A stretch of DNA of 46,443 nucleotides from Actinomycetes bacterium (GTDB lineage Bacteria; Actinomycetota; Actinomycetes; S36-B12; CAIYMF01). Below the pieces are notes generated by a model. The model saw nothing but the letters and a program-made list of their open reading frames with translations. It searched no databases and was not told where the DNA came from. This document shows, one piece after another, positions 10,352-20,275 of the stretch (positions are counted from its first letter, which is position 1; every line of letters starts with the position of its first letter). Made by a program: the position numbers and the translations under genes. The stretch covers positions 1-46,443 of the forward strand of contig JAJXTD010000001.1 in assembly GCA_021784035.1 (NCBI GenBank), written 5' to 3'.

Positions 10352-10367
10352 GACATGCCTACCGTCC

Positions 10368-11165
10368 TCACAGGGAGCGGAGGAACTCCTCGGCGGCGTC
10401 GGCCTGGCGGACGAGCGCGGCGGCGTGCTTGCGCACGACGTCGGCGATGCCCTCGCCGACGGGGATGCGGAACGGCGCGTCGTCCCGCGTCACGGCACCG
10501 ACGATCGCGTCGACGCACGCCTGCGGGTCGGCGCTCGCGGCCGCGTGCCAGGCCAGCCAGTCGTCGACCGCCCGCCACTGCTCGGCGTAGACCCCGTCGG
10601 GGTCCTTGCCGGCGGCCTGCGGGCTCGTCCGCGAGATGGGGGTGCGGAACGGGCCGGGTTCGACGAGGACGACCCGTACGCCGAACGGCCGCACCTCCGC
10701 CCGCAGCGCCTCACTCGCCCCCTCCAGCCCGAACTTCGACGCGTTGTAGGGCCCCATGAGCGGGTCGCCGGCCTGGCCCGAGACGCTCGAGACGTTGACG
10801 ACGACGCCCTGCGCCGCGCGCAGCGCCGGCAGGCAGACGCTGGTGACGGCCATCGCCCCCACGAGGTTGACGTCGAGCTGCCGGCGGATCTCGCCCGGGG
10901 TCAGCTCCTCCCACGGCCCGCCCATCGCGTAGCCCGCGTTGTTCACGAGCGCGTCGAGGTGGCCCCACCGCTCCTGCACGACGAGTCCCAGCGCGGCCAC
11001 GGCGTCGTCGTCGGTGACGTCCAGGACGACGGTGGCCCACGGGAGCGTGTCCTCGTCCGCCCGGTCGAGCACGGTCCCGAGCACGTCCCAGCCCAGGGAG
11101 TGGAGACGCTGCGCGACGCCGCGGCCGAGGCCCGACGACGTCCCGGTGATGACGGCGGTCTGCAT
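10368..11165 (-). CDS. SDR family oxidoreductase
   Basis: TGTSSGLG, NNAG, YNASK and VEPG motifs. Confidence 0.92.
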   Translation of the reverse strand: MQTAVITGTSSGLGRGVAQRLHSLGWDVLGTVLDRADEDTLPWATVVLDVTDDDAVAALGLVVQERWGHLDALVNNAGYAMGGPWEELTPGEIRRQLDVNLVGAMAVTSVCLPALRAAQGVVVNVSSVSGQAGDPLMGPYNASKFGLEGASEALRAEVRPFGVRVVLVEPGPFRTPISRTSPQAAGKDPDGVYAEQWRAVDDWLAWHAAASADPQACVDAIVGAVTRDDAPFRIPVGEGIADVVRKHAAALVRQADAAEEFLRSL

Positions 11166-11226
11166 ACGGCGAGGCTAGCCCCGTGCCCGCGGTGCGGAGC
11201 CTCGCCCGCTCTGGGAGCCTGACGCC

Positions 11227-12726
11227 GTGACGACCTCCCCGGGCACCGACCCGCACCCCCCGACGGCCGAGCTCGCGACCACCGGCGCGGACCGGCTGGC
11301 GGCCGACCTCGCCGCCGGCCGGACCACGTCGGTCCACCTGACCCGCGCGCTGCTCGACCGGATCGCCGCCGTCGACGACGCCGGACCGGAGCTCCGCGCC
11401 GTGCTCGCGGTCAGTGCCGACGCCCTCGCGCAGGCCGCGGAGCTCGACGCCGAGCGGGCGTCCGGCCGGACTCGCGGGCCGCTGCACGGGATCCCCGTCC
11501 TGGTGAAGGACAACATCGAGGCCGTGGGTCTGCCGGGCACCGCCGGCTCGCTGGCGCTCGCCGGTCGGCCGGTCCGGCGCGACGCCCCGCTCGTCGCGTC
11601 GATGCGCGCCGCGGGCCTCGTCGTGCTCGGCTCCACGAACCTCTCCGAGTGGGCCAACATGCGCTCGCCGCACTCGACGAGCGGCTGGTCCGGCGTGGGC
11701 GGCCTGACCGGCAACCCGTGGGCGCTCGACCGGAGCGCGGGCGGGTCGTCCTCCGGCTCGGGCGCGGCCGTCGCGGCCGGCCTGGCCCCGTTCGCCGTCG
11801 GCACCGAGACCGACGGCTCGATCACCTGCCCGAGCTCGCTCAACGGCGTCGTGGGGCTCAAGCCCACCGTCGGCCTGGTGAGCACCGAGGGTGTCGTGCC
11901 CCTCGCCGCGAGCCAGGACGCGCCGGGGCCGATCGCGCGCAGCGTCCGGGACGCCGCGCTCCTGCTCGACGCCATGACCGGGTCCACGCGGTACGCCGCT
12001 GCGCCCGGCTCACGGTCGCCGGGCGGGCTGCGGCTCGGCGTCGCCGACGGCTGGAAGTCCGGGCACGAGGGCACCGACGCCCTCTTCGCCGAGGTCCTGG
12101 GCCGGCTCGAGGCGGCCGGCTCGACGCTCCTGCCGGTCACCGTCGAGCCCGCGGGCGCCGCCGGGCAGCAGGAGCTCGTCGTGCTGCTCTGCGAGCTCAA
12201 GGACGGGCTCGACCGCTACCTCGCCGGCCGTCCGGGCGACGGCGTCCGCAGCCTCGCCGACGTCGTCGCGTTCGACGAGGAGCACGCCGACCTCGAGCTC
12301 GCGCACTTCGGCCACGAGTTCCTCGTCGCCGCCGCGGAGAGCGGCGGCCTCGCCGACCCGGAGTACGCCTCGGCCCGCGCCGCGTGCCTCGCCTGGGCCG
12401 TCGAGCAGATGCTCGAGCCGGCGTTCGCCGGCGACCCCGGGCCCGACGTGCTCGTGGCACCGGCGTACGCCCCGGCCTGGAAGAGCGACCTCGCCGCGGG
12501 CGACCACTTCCTCGGCGGCGGCGTCGCCAGCACCGCCCCGTCGCTCGCGGGCTGGCCGGTCCTCGCCCTGCCCATGGGCCTCGTGCGCGGACTTCCGGTC
12601 GGCCTCGTGCTCGTCGGACGGCCGCACAGCGAGGCGCTGCTGCTCGCCGCCGGCCACGCGGTCGAGCAGGTCATCGGCGTCGCCGGAGCCCTCGTCCCGT
12701 CCTGGACCCCGCCCGGGAGAGGATGA
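11227..12726 (+). CDS. Amidase signature family protein
   Basis: LHGIPVLVKDNI, GGSSSGS and GTETDGS. Confidence 0.92.
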   Translation: MTTSPGTDPHPPTAELATTGADRLAADLAAGRTTSVHLTRALLDRIAAVDDAGPELRAVLAVSADALAQAAELDAERASGRTRGPLHGIPVLVKDNIEAVGLPGTAGSLALAGRPVRRDAPLVASMRAAGLVVLGSTNLSEWANMRSPHSTSGWSGVGGLTGNPWALDRSAGGSSSGSGAAVAAGLAPFAVGTETDGSITCPSSLNGVVGLKPTVGLVSTEGVVPLAASQDAPGPIARSVRDAALLLDAMTGSTRYAAAPGSRSPGGLRLGVADGWKSGHEGTDALFAEVLGRLEAAGSTLLPVTVEPAGAAGQQELVVLLCELKDGLDRYLAGRPGDGVRSLADVVAFDEEHADLELAHFGHEFLVAAAESGGLADPEYASARAACLAWAVEQMLEPAFAGDPGPDVLVAPAYAPAWKSDLAAGDHFLGGGVASTAPSLAGWPVLALPMGLVRGLPVGLVLVGRPHSEALLLAAGHAVEQVIGVAGALVPSWTPPGRG

Positions 12727-12730
12727 CCGC

Positions 12731-13609
12731 GTGACGTCGGCCGACTGGACCTCGCTCGTCGGGGGGATCCGGCTGGTGGCCACGGACCTCGACGGCACGC
12801 TGCTGCGCGCGGACGGCTCGGTCTCGGAGTTCACCGTCGCGACGTTCGCCCGGGCCCGGGCGGCCGGCGTGCCCGTCGTGTTCGTCACGGGCCGGCCGGT
12901 GCGCTGGCTCCCGATGGTGGCCGAGTCCACCGGGCACTACGACGCCGTCATCTGCGCCAACGGCGCGGTGCTGATCGACCTGCGCGCCGGCGCGGTCCTC
13001 GAGACGCACCCGATCGCGCCCGACGCGCTCGACGACGTCGTGACCACGCTCCGCCGCGAGGTCCCCGGGATCGGCTTCGCCGCGGAGTGGCTCGACGGCG
13101 AGGCGCTCGACGCCCCGCGCGACTCCGACTTCGCCCACGAGGACGCCTACGTGCCGCGCGTCCCCGTGCCCGGTGCCCCACGTCCCGGCGACATCCGTGA
13201 GATCGCCGCCGGGCACGCCGTCGTGAAGCTGCTCGCCCGCGTGTCCGGGTCGGCCCACGACGCCGACAGCCTGCTGGACCACGCCCTCGAGCACGTCGCC
13301 CACCTCGTCACCGTGACGCACTCCAACTCCGGCGACGTGCTGCTCGAGATGAGCGCCGCGGGCGTCACGAAGGGCTCGACCCTCGCGTCGTACGCCGCCG
13401 GCCTCGGGCTCGACGCCGCCGCGGTCGCGGCGGCGGGCGACATGCCCAACGACGTGCCCATGCTCACCTGGGCCGGCGTGGGTCTCGCGGTCGAGGGCGC
13501 CCACCCGCGTGTGCTCGCGGCGGCCGACGCCGCCCTGCCCGGGCCCGAGGGCGACGGGGTCGCCCGGTTCCTCGAGGCGGTGCTCCGGACGGACCCCCGC
13601 CCGGTGTGA
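12731..13609 (+). CDS. Cof-type HAD-IIB hydrolase
   Basis: DLDGTLL, TGR, NGA and GDMPND motifs. Confidence 0.92.
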   Translation: MTSADWTSLVGGIRLVATDLDGTLLRADGSVSEFTVATFARARAAGVPVVFVTGRPVRWLPMVAESTGHYDAVICANGAVLIDLRAGAVLETHPIAPDALDDVVTTLRREVPGIGFAAEWLDGEALDAPRDSDFAHEDAYVPRVPVPGAPRPGDIREIAAGHAVVKLLARVSGSAHDADSLLDHALEHVAHLVTVTHSNSGDVLLEMSAAGVTKGSTLASYAAGLGLDAAAVAAAGDMPNDVPMLTWAGVGLAVEGAHPRVLAAADAALPGPEGDGVARFLEAVLRTDPRPV

Positions 13610-13751
13610 CACCCGTCACGTCGGACGGGTGACGAGCGGCAGGACGCCCGGCGAGCCGTCCGGTGATCGGACGGCGGGGCCGGTGCGGTCGGGGCCGTCT
13701 GCCTACCGTGTGCCGTCGTCCGTCACCCGTACGGGTCCGCCGTACCCGGAC

Positions 13752-13893
13752 GACGCGCTCAATCGCCGGGCCCTCCCGCCCGGCGAACCGGGGAACCAGT
13801 TCCGCGGGGCGAATCGCCGCACGGTCACCACGACGTGCGGGGTAGGGCACCTCTTGGCCCGAGCCCGTCAGCTAACCCGGTCGGCGTGGAGAG
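13752..13893 (+). ncRNA. c-di-AMP (ydaO/yuaA) riboswitch
   Basis: Conserved blocks GCTCAATC, GAACCGGGGAACC, GGGGCGAATC, GTAGGG and CCCGAGCCCGTCAGCTAACCCGGTCGGCG, directly before the RBS of a cell-wall hydrolase gene. Boundaries approximate. Confidence 0.9.
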
Positions 13894-13904
13894 GAGTCCA
13901 CTCA

Positions 13905-14522
13905 GTGCTGTCCGCACCCCGACGCCGGGTCCTCCCGGCCTCGTTGCTGGTCACCGGCGCCCTCGCCGTCGGTGTCCTCGGGACGACGGTCCCGGCCCAG
14001 GCCGCCGTCGTCACCCCCACCACCACCGTCGCCGTCACGTCCGTCGTCACCACCTCGGTGACCACGACCTCGGTCGCCCCCGCCGCGCTCACGACGGCGC
14101 AGATCGCGGCCCGCAGGGCGGCGGCCGCCCGCGCCGCGGCCGCGGCCCGCGCGATGAAGATGCGCATCACCGCCGTCACCATCGCGCGCAGCAAGGTCGG
14201 CTCGCGCTACAGCGCCGGCCGCTCCGGGCCGACCCGCTTCGACTGCTCGGGCCTCGCGCTCTACGTCGTCAAGAAGGCGACCGGGCGCAGCCTGCCGCAC
14301 TACTCGAAGGCACAGTTCCGGGTCACCAAGCGGGTCAGCAAGAAGGCGCTGCGCCCCGGCGACCTGGTCTTCTTCTTCCGCTACGGCGCCCACCACGTCG
14401 GGGTCTACATCGGCCGCGGCCTCATGATCAGCGCGACGAACCCGCGCACCGGCGTCAAGGTCGACCGGGTCTTCACCGGCTGGTACGGAAAGCGCTACAG
14501 CGGCGCCGGTCGCCTCGTCTGA
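13905..14522 (+). CDS. Secreted NlpC/P60 (C40) peptidoglycan hydrolase
   Basis: RBS GAGGAG then GTG 13905. Signal peptide ending AQA, Thr/Val-rich linker, FDCSGL, PGDLVFF and HVGVYIG. Confidence 0.92.
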   Translation: MLSAPRRRVLPASLLVTGALAVGVLGTTVPAQAAVVTPTTTVAVTSVVTTSVTTTSVAPAALTTAQIAARRAAAARAAAAARAMKMRITAVTIARSKVGSRYSAGRSGPTRFDCSGLALYVVKKATGRSLPHYSKAQFRVTKRVSKKALRPGDLVFFFRYGAHHVGVYIGRGLMISATNPRTGVKVDRVFTGWYGKRYSGAGRLV

Positions 14523-14548
14523 GGCACGCGCGCACCGCCGCACCACCC

Positions 14549-14579
14549 GGAGCCCGGTCCCCTCGGGGGGCCGGGCTCC
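14549..14579 (+). terminator. Intrinsic terminator hairpin
   Basis: GGAGCCCGGTCCC...GGGGCCGGGCTCC after the NlpC stop. Confidence 0.65.
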
Positions 14580-14616
14580 TGCGTGTCCGGGATCACGTCC
14601 CCGATCGCGCCACGGA

Positions 14617-14633
14617 ATACCCTAGGGGGGTAC
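14617..14633. promoter_or_regulatory. CsoR operator
   Basis: ATACCCTAGGGGGGTAC fits the TACC...GGGGGTA C/G-tract pseudopalindrome, about 30 bp upstream of csoR. Confidence 0.85.
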
Positions 14634-14661
14634 GGTCCTTGACGGCAGTGGGAGGCAGATC

Positions 14662-14946
14662 ATGAGCCACGGCTACAGCGCCGACAAGGACGCCGTCCTC
14701 GCGCGCCTCCGGCGCATCGAGGGACAGGTCCGCGGCATCGCCCGGATGGTCGACGAGGACACCTACTGCATCGACGTCCTCACCCAGGTGTCCGCGGCGA
14801 CCCGCGCGCTGGAGAACGTCGCGCTCCTCCTGCTCGAGGACCACCTCGACCACTGCGTCCGGCACGCCGCGGTCCAGGGCGGTCCCGAGGCCGACGAGAA
14901 GATCGCCGAGGCCTCCGCCGCCATCGCCCGGCTCGTCCGATCCTGA
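14662..14946 (+). CDS. csoR: Copper-sensing repressor CsoR
   Basis: RLRRIEGQVRGI, YCIDVL and HLDHC (Cys-His-Cys ligands). Confidence 0.93.
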   Translation: MSHGYSADKDAVLARLRRIEGQVRGIARMVDEDTYCIDVLTQVSAATRALENVALLLLEDHLDHCVRHAAVQGGPEADEKIAEASAAIARLVRS

Positions 14947-14995
14947 ACCGCCCGTCCGCCGACCGATCGCCGCACCACCTCGAGGAGACAGCAGC

Positions 14996-15205
14996 ATGAG
15001 CACCACCACCTGGACCGTGCAGGGCATGACCTGCGGCCACTGCGTCCACGCCGTGACCACCGAGATCTCCGCGATCCCCGGCGTCGCCGCCGTCGCCGTC
15101 GACCTCGCCTCCGGCCTGGTCACCGTCACCGCCGAGCCGGACCCCTCGCCCGAGGCGGTCGCCGCGGCCGTCGACGAGGCCGGCTACACCCTCGTCACCG
15201 CCTGA
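14996..15205 (+). CDS. copZ: Copper chaperone CopZ
   Basis: 69 aa HMA domain with GMTCGHC and EAGY. Confidence 0.93.
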   Translation: MSTTTWTVQGMTCGHCVHAVTTEISAIPGVAAVAVDLASGLVTVTAEPDPSPEAVAAAVDEAGYTLVTA

Positions 15206-15242
15206 CCCCGCGCCACCCGCCCGACCCCGCCCCGGAGCCCCC

Positions 15243-17429
15243 ATGGACACCGCGCTCACCACCCCGGTCGTGACGCCGATCGACCTCCAGGTCACCGGCA
15301 TGACCTGCGCCTCGTGCGCCGCGCGGATCGAGAAGAAGCTCAACAAGGTCCCCGGCGTCGTGGCGACGGTGAACTACGCGACCGAGGTCGCGCACGTCGA
15401 GGCCCCGGCCGGCGTCAGCCTCGAGGACCTCGTCGCCGTCGTGGAGTCGGCCGGCTACGGCGTGCTCGAGCCGGAGCAGGAGGTCGACTACGACGGCGAC
15501 GACCTCGGTCGCCGGTGGCGGGCCAGCGCCGTGCTCACCGTCCCGTTGCTGCTCGTCTCGATGGTGCCCGCCCTGCAGTTCCCCGGTTGGCAGTGGCTCG
15601 CGTTCCTGCTCGCGTCGGTCGTCGTCCTGTGGGGCGGCCTGCCGTTCCACCTCGCCGCGTGGACCAACGCGCGGCACCGGGCGACGACGATGGACACGCT
15701 CGTGTCGATCGGCGTGCTGTCGGCGTACCTCTGGTCCTCGGTCGCGGTGCTCTTCACCAGCGCCGGCGAGCTCGGCCGGACGATGACCGTCTCGTGGCTG
15801 CCGATGCACGACGAGGCCTCGGCCGGGAGCCCCGACCTCTACTTCGAGTCCGCCGCCGTCGTCGTCACGTTCCTGCTGCTCGGCCGCTGGCTCGAGCAGC
15901 GGGCGAAGCGCCGCTCCGGCGCGGCGCTGCGCGCCCTGCTCGACCTCGCCCCGGCCACCGCGTGGCTGCGCACGACCGACGGCGACACCGAGGTCCCGGC
16001 GTCGCACGTCCGCGTCGGCGACCTCGTCATCGCCCGGCCGGGCGAGCGCATCGCGACCGACGGCGTCGTCGTCGAGGGCGCCTCGGCCGTCGACTCGAGC
16101 ATGCTCACCGGTGAGTCGGTCCCGATCGACGTGATGCCGGGCGACGAGGTCTCCGGCGGCACGGTGGTGCAGGACGGCCTGCTCGTCGTGCGGGCCACCC
16201 GTGTCGGCGCCGACACCGCGCTCGCCCGCATCACCGCGCTCGTGGCCGCGGCGCAGAGCGGCAAGGCGCCCGTGCAGCGCCTCGCCGACCGGGTGTCCGC
16301 CGTGTTCGTCCCCGTCGTCCTCGTGATCGCGCTCGGAACCCTGCTCGCGTGGGGTCTCACCACCGGCTGGCAGCAGGGCTTCACCGCCGCGGTCGCCGTC
16401 CTGGTGATCGCCTGCCCGTGCGCGCTCGGTCTCGCCACCCCCACGGCGCTGCTCGTCGGCACCGGGCGCGGCGCCACGCTCGGCATCCTGGTGCGCGGCC
16501 CGGAGGTGCTCGAGTCCACCCGCCGCGTGGACACGGTCGTGCTCGACAAGACCGGCACCCTCACGACCGGCGTCATGACCGTCGTGCACCGTCACGGCGA
16601 CGACGAGGCGGTCGGGCTCGCCGGCGTGCTCGAGTCCGGCTCGACCCACCCGATCGCCCGGGCGGTCTCGACGTACGCCGCGGGCCTCGGGCCCTCCGGC
16701 GAGCTCGGGACGCACGAGGCGGTCCGCGGCGACGGCGTCACCGGCCGCGTCGCCGGGCACGACGTGCGCGTCGGGCGCCCGGAGTGGATCGGCCTCGACG
16801 AGCCGTGGTCGACCGAGGCCGCGCTCTGGCGGCAGGACGGGCTCACCACGATCGCCGTCTCGGTCGACGGCGAGGTCCGGGCGCTGCTCGCGGTCGGCGA
16901 CGAGATCCGCCCGACGACGCGGGACGCCGTCGCACGGCTGCGCGCGGTGGGGCTCGAGCCGGTCATGGTCACCGGCGACGCCGAGGCAGTCGCCCGCTCG
17001 GTCGCGGCAGAGGTCGGCATCGACCGCGTCCTCGCCGACGCACGGCCCGAGGACAAGGTCGCCGAGGTCGAGCGGCTGCGCGCCTCGGGTCGCGTCGTCG
17101 CCGTCGTCGGCGACGGGATCAACGACGCCGCGGCGCTCGCGGCCGCGGACCTGGGCATCGCCATGGGCGGCGGGACCGACGTCGCCATCGAGGCCGCCGA
17201 CATCACCCTGCTCCGCGACGACCTGCGCACGGCGAGCGACGCGGTCCGGCTCTCACGTGCCACGCTGCGCACCATCAAGCAGAACCTGGGCTGGGCGTTC
17301 GGCTACAACGTGGCAGCCATCCCGCTGGCCGCGGCCGGCCTGCTGACGCCGATGATCGCGGGGATCGCGATGGCGATGTCGAGCGTGTGCGTCGTCGGCA
17401 ACAGCCTGCGCCTGCGCCGCTTCTCCTGA
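15243..17429 (+). CDS. copA: Cu(I)-exporting P1B-type ATPase
   Basis: MTCASC, TGES, CPC, DKTGT, GDGIND, YN and MxxSS motifs. Confidence 0.95.
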   Translation: MDTALTTPVVTPIDLQVTGMTCASCAARIEKKLNKVPGVVATVNYATEVAHVEAPAGVSLEDLVAVVESAGYGVLEPEQEVDYDGDDLGRRWRASAVLTVPLLLVSMVPALQFPGWQWLAFLLASVVVLWGGLPFHLAAWTNARHRATTMDTLVSIGVLSAYLWSSVAVLFTSAGELGRTMTVSWLPMHDEASAGSPDLYFESAAVVVTFLLLGRWLEQRAKRRSGAALRALLDLAPATAWLRTTDGDTEVPASHVRVGDLVIARPGERIATDGVVVEGASAVDSSMLTGESVPIDVMPGDEVSGGTVVQDGLLVVRATRVGADTALARITALVAAAQSGKAPVQRLADRVSAVFVPVVLVIALGTLLAWGLTTGWQQGFTAAVAVLVIACPCALGLATPTALLVGTGRGATLGILVRGPEVLESTRRVDTVVLDKTGTLTTGVMTVVHRHGDDEAVGLAGVLESGSTHPIARAVSTYAAGLGPSGELGTHEAVRGDGVTGRVAGHDVRVGRPEWIGLDEPWSTEAALWRQDGLTTIAVSVDGEVRALLAVGDEIRPTTRDAVARLRAVGLEPVMVTGDAEAVARSVAAEVGIDRVLADARPEDKVAEVERLRASGRVVAVVGDGINDAAALAAADLGIAMGGGTDVAIEAADITLLRDDLRTASDAVRLSRATLRTIKQNLGWAFGYNVAAIPLAAAGLLTPMIAGIAMAMSSVCVVGNSLRLRRFS

Positions 17430-17656
17430 CGGCCGGAGCCCGTCCGCCGGTTCCGACGCGCGCCGGGCGACGCGCCACCGCGAGCCCGCTGCCGCCGGGA
17501 CGCCCGCGCGAGGCCCCACCCCGCGGGCCACACTGGACGCAGACCGCACCACCACGAGGAGCCCGCCTTGGCCGACGTACGTGCCCCCGGACCCATCAGC
17601 GACGTCCACGTCGCCGACTGGACGGTCGTGCAGAGCGCCGGCCGTAGCGCCCGGAC

Positions 17657-18589
17657 TCAGCCGTTCCCGCGGACCGCGGCGAGCCAGGCCACGGCCTCGG
17701 CGTAGTCGTCGTCGGTCACACCGGGACGCAGCAGGGGCGCCTTGCCGTCGTGGCGCGGGTAGGACCCGAGAAAGCGCACCTGCGCGCAGACGCGGTGCAG
17801 TCCGGCGAGCGCCTCGCCCACCCGGGCGTCCGCGACGTGGCCCTCGCAGTCCACCGAGAAGTAGTAGTCGCCGAGGGCCCGGCGCGTGGGGCGCGACTCG
17901 ATGCGGGTCAGGTTCACGCCGCGGACGGAGAACTCGGTGAGGATCTCGAGCAGCGCGCCCGGGTGGTCCTCGCGCATGAACAGGAACAGCGTCGTCTTGT
18001 CCGCGCCGGTGCGCTCGCGCGGCACCGACGGGCGGCCCACGAGCACGAAGCGCGTCCACGCCTCCTCGTTGTCCCCGATGCCGTCGACGAGGACGTCGAG
18101 GCCGTACGCCGCACCCGCGGCCGAGGACGCGATGGCGGCGTCGTACGCCGTGCCCTCGGCGACCGCCTGCGCGGCAACGGCGTTCGACGTCTCCGGCACG
18201 ACCTCGGCGTCGGGCAGGTGGGTGGCGAGCCACGTGCGGCACTGGGCGTGCGCCACCGGGTGGGTGGCCACGCGCCGTACGTCGGCCAGCGCCGTGCCCG
18301 GCCGCACGAGCAGCGCGAAGCGCACCGCCAGCACCTGCTCGTCGACGATGACGAGCGGCTCGCCCGTCGCGAGCTCGTCGAGCGTCCCGGTGACCGCGCC
18401 CTCGACGGAGTTCTCGATCGGCACGAGGGCGTGCGTGACATCACCCGCGCGGGCCGCGTCGAGCGCGGCCGCGACGGTGGGGAAGGGGCGCAGGTCGGCA
18501 CCCTCGCTCACCGCCATCGTGCGCAGCGCGGCCTCGGCGAAGGTGCCGCGCGGGCCGAGGTAGGCGATCGACACCGCGGCGTCGCTCAC
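17657..18589 (-). CDS. pheA: Prephenate dehydratase
   Basis: YLGPRGTF, PIENSVEG, TRF and ACT domain NLTRIESRP...FLGSYP. Confidence 0.96.
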   Translation of the reverse strand: MSDAAVSIAYLGPRGTFAEAALRTMAVSEGADLRPFPTVAAALDAARAGDVTHALVPIENSVEGAVTGTLDELATGEPLVIVDEQVLAVRFALLVRPGTALADVRRVATHPVAHAQCRTWLATHLPDAEVVPETSNAVAAQAVAEGTAYDAAIASSAAGAAYGLDVLVDGIGDNEEAWTRFVLVGRPSVPRERTGADKTTLFLFMREDHPGALLEILTEFSVRGVNLTRIESRPTRRALGDYYFSVDCEGHVADARVGEALAGLHRVCAQVRFLGSYPRHDGKAPLLRPGVTDDDYAEAVAWLAAVRGNG

Positions 18590-19080
18590 GACGAGACGCC
18601 CTTGAGCGCGTAGGAGATGGCCTGCTGCTCCTCGGGCGAGAGCGACGCCTCGCTCGTGCCGCCCTTGACCCCCTTGATGTAGGACCGCGTCTCCGACCGG
18701 CCGTGGATCGCGGTGAGCACGAGGCCGTCGCCGCCGTCGTCGAGCATCGCCGCGGAGAACGACAGCCGCCCGCCCATGTCGCCGAACGCGTCGTAGCGCA
18801 CGACGCTCACGTGCCGCAGGGCGTCGGCGAGCTCCGAGCGGGTGCGCGCGAGCAGCGCGCCCAGGTCGTCCACCTCGGTGCGGAGCGCGCGCACCTCCTC
18901 GGTCTTGCGGGCCACCGCCGACACGAACGACGGCGCCTCGTCGTCGGCCGCGAGCAGCGTCACGTCCCGGCGGATCCGGCGCAGCGCCAGGAGGGCCACG
19001 ACGGCGAGCACGAGGGCGAGGACTCCGACGGCGAGGCCGGCGATGACGAGGGCGTCGCGGGTGGACGCGTCGAGGGACAC
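18586..19080 (-). CDS. DUF4446-like protein (N-terminal TM helix plus coiled coil)
   Basis: VVRYDAFGDMGGRLSFS...RSYIK...LSPEE. GTGA overlap with pheA. Confidence 0.8.
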   Translation of the reverse strand: MSLDASTRDALVIAGLAVGVLALVLAVVALLALRRIRRDVTLLAADDEAPSFVSAVARKTEEVRALRTEVDDLGALLARTRSELADALRHVSVVRYDAFGDMGGRLSFSAAMLDDGGDGLVLTAIHGRSETRSYIKGVKGGTSEASLSPEEQQAISYALKGVSS

Positions 19081-19140
19081 GTGGGCAAGGGTATCCGCGC
19101 GTAGGGTCGCCCCCGTGCGCGCATTCCCGGCGGTGTCCGC

Positions 19141-20271
19141 GTGACCACCTCGGTCCCGGTCTCGGTGCTCTGGTTCCTCGTGGGGCTCGCGGTCGTCCTC
19201 GGCGTCGGCTCCTCGATCCTGCGCACCCTCGTGGTGCCCCGCGGCGTGCGCAGCAAGCTGTCCGCGGGCGTGCTGACGGCGACGCTCACGGCGTTCCGCG
19301 CCGTGGCCCGTCGCACCTCGACCTACGAGGCGCGCGACGCCGTGCTCGCCTACGCCGCGCCGGTCTCGCTCATCGTCATGCTCATGACCTGGCTGGCCCT
19401 GCTCTTCGTCGGTTTCGCCTGCCTGCTGTTCGCGTTCTCGCCGCTGGACTGGGCGGCGTCCTTCCGCGAGGCGGGGTCGAGCCTGTTCACCCTCGGGTTC
19501 GCCAGCACCGACCGCACCCAGCTCACCGCTGTCGACTTCCTGGCCGCCGCCACCGGCCCGGTCGTCGTCGGCCTCCTCGTCGGCTACCTGCCGAGCCTCT
19601 ACGCGTCGTACAACCGGCGCGAGGTCGAGGTGGCCCTGCTGCACTCCCGCGCCGGTGAGCCCAACTGGGGCCCGGAGATCCTCTCCCGGCACGCGATCGT
19701 CAACTCCTCCGAGGAGCTGGTGACGCTGTTCCGGGGCTGGGAGCGCTGGGCCGCCGACATCGCCGAGAGCCACGTGAACTACCCGGTGCTCATCCACGTC
19801 CGGTCCGCGCAGCCGTTGCGCAACTGGCTCGTCGCGCTCGTCTCCGTGATGGACGCGGCCGCTTTCCAGCTGGCCACGAACCCCCAGCTGCCGCAGGCGT
19901 CCGCGCGTGTCGCGCTCCGGCAGGGCTTCGTCGCGGTGCGCGACATCGCGCGGGCCGAGGGCCTCGACGTGGACGACGACCCGAGCCCGGACGCCCCCAT
20001 CTCGCTGACGTTCGAGGAGTTCGCCGAGGCCTACGACGACGTCGCGGCCGCCGGCTACGCCATGGCGCGCAGCGCCGTGGACGCGTGGCCGCACTTCCGC
20101 GGGTGGCGGGTGAACTACGAGGCCGCGGCGTACGCCCTCGCCGAGCGCATCGACGCCCCGCCGGCCGCGTGGACGGGCACGCGGCGGCCGCCGCTGCCGG
20201 TGATCATGCCGCACCGTCCGGCGAACCGGATGCCCGGCGGCCGGACCGGCCGGCCGGCCGTCGGAGAATGA
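19141..20271 (+). CDS. Ion-channel-like membrane protein (K+-channel pore-loop family)
   Basis: TM helices flank SLFTLGF (pore-loop-like), followed by YLPSLYASYNRRE and ESHVNYP. Confidence 0.7.
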   Translation: MTTSVPVSVLWFLVGLAVVLGVGSSILRTLVVPRGVRSKLSAGVLTATLTAFRAVARRTSTYEARDAVLAYAAPVSLIVMLMTWLALLFVGFACLLFAFSPLDWAASFREAGSSLFTLGFASTDRTQLTAVDFLAAATGPVVVGLLVGYLPSLYASYNRREVEVALLHSRAGEPNWGPEILSRHAIVNSSEELVTLFRGWERWAADIAESHVNYPVLIHVRSAQPLRNWLVALVSVMDAAAFQLATNPQLPQASARVALRQGFVAVRDIARAEGLDVDDDPSPDAPISLTFEEFAEAYDDVAAAGYAMARSAVDAWPHFRGWRVNYEAAAYALAERIDAPPAAWTGTRRPPLPVIMPHRPANRMPGGRTGRPAVGE

Positions 20272-20275
20272 CCGG

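Noticed and set aside
14617-17429. csoR-copZ-copA as a novel or mobile metal island
   Set aside because: Canonical, well-described operon with host-like composition and no mobility signs.
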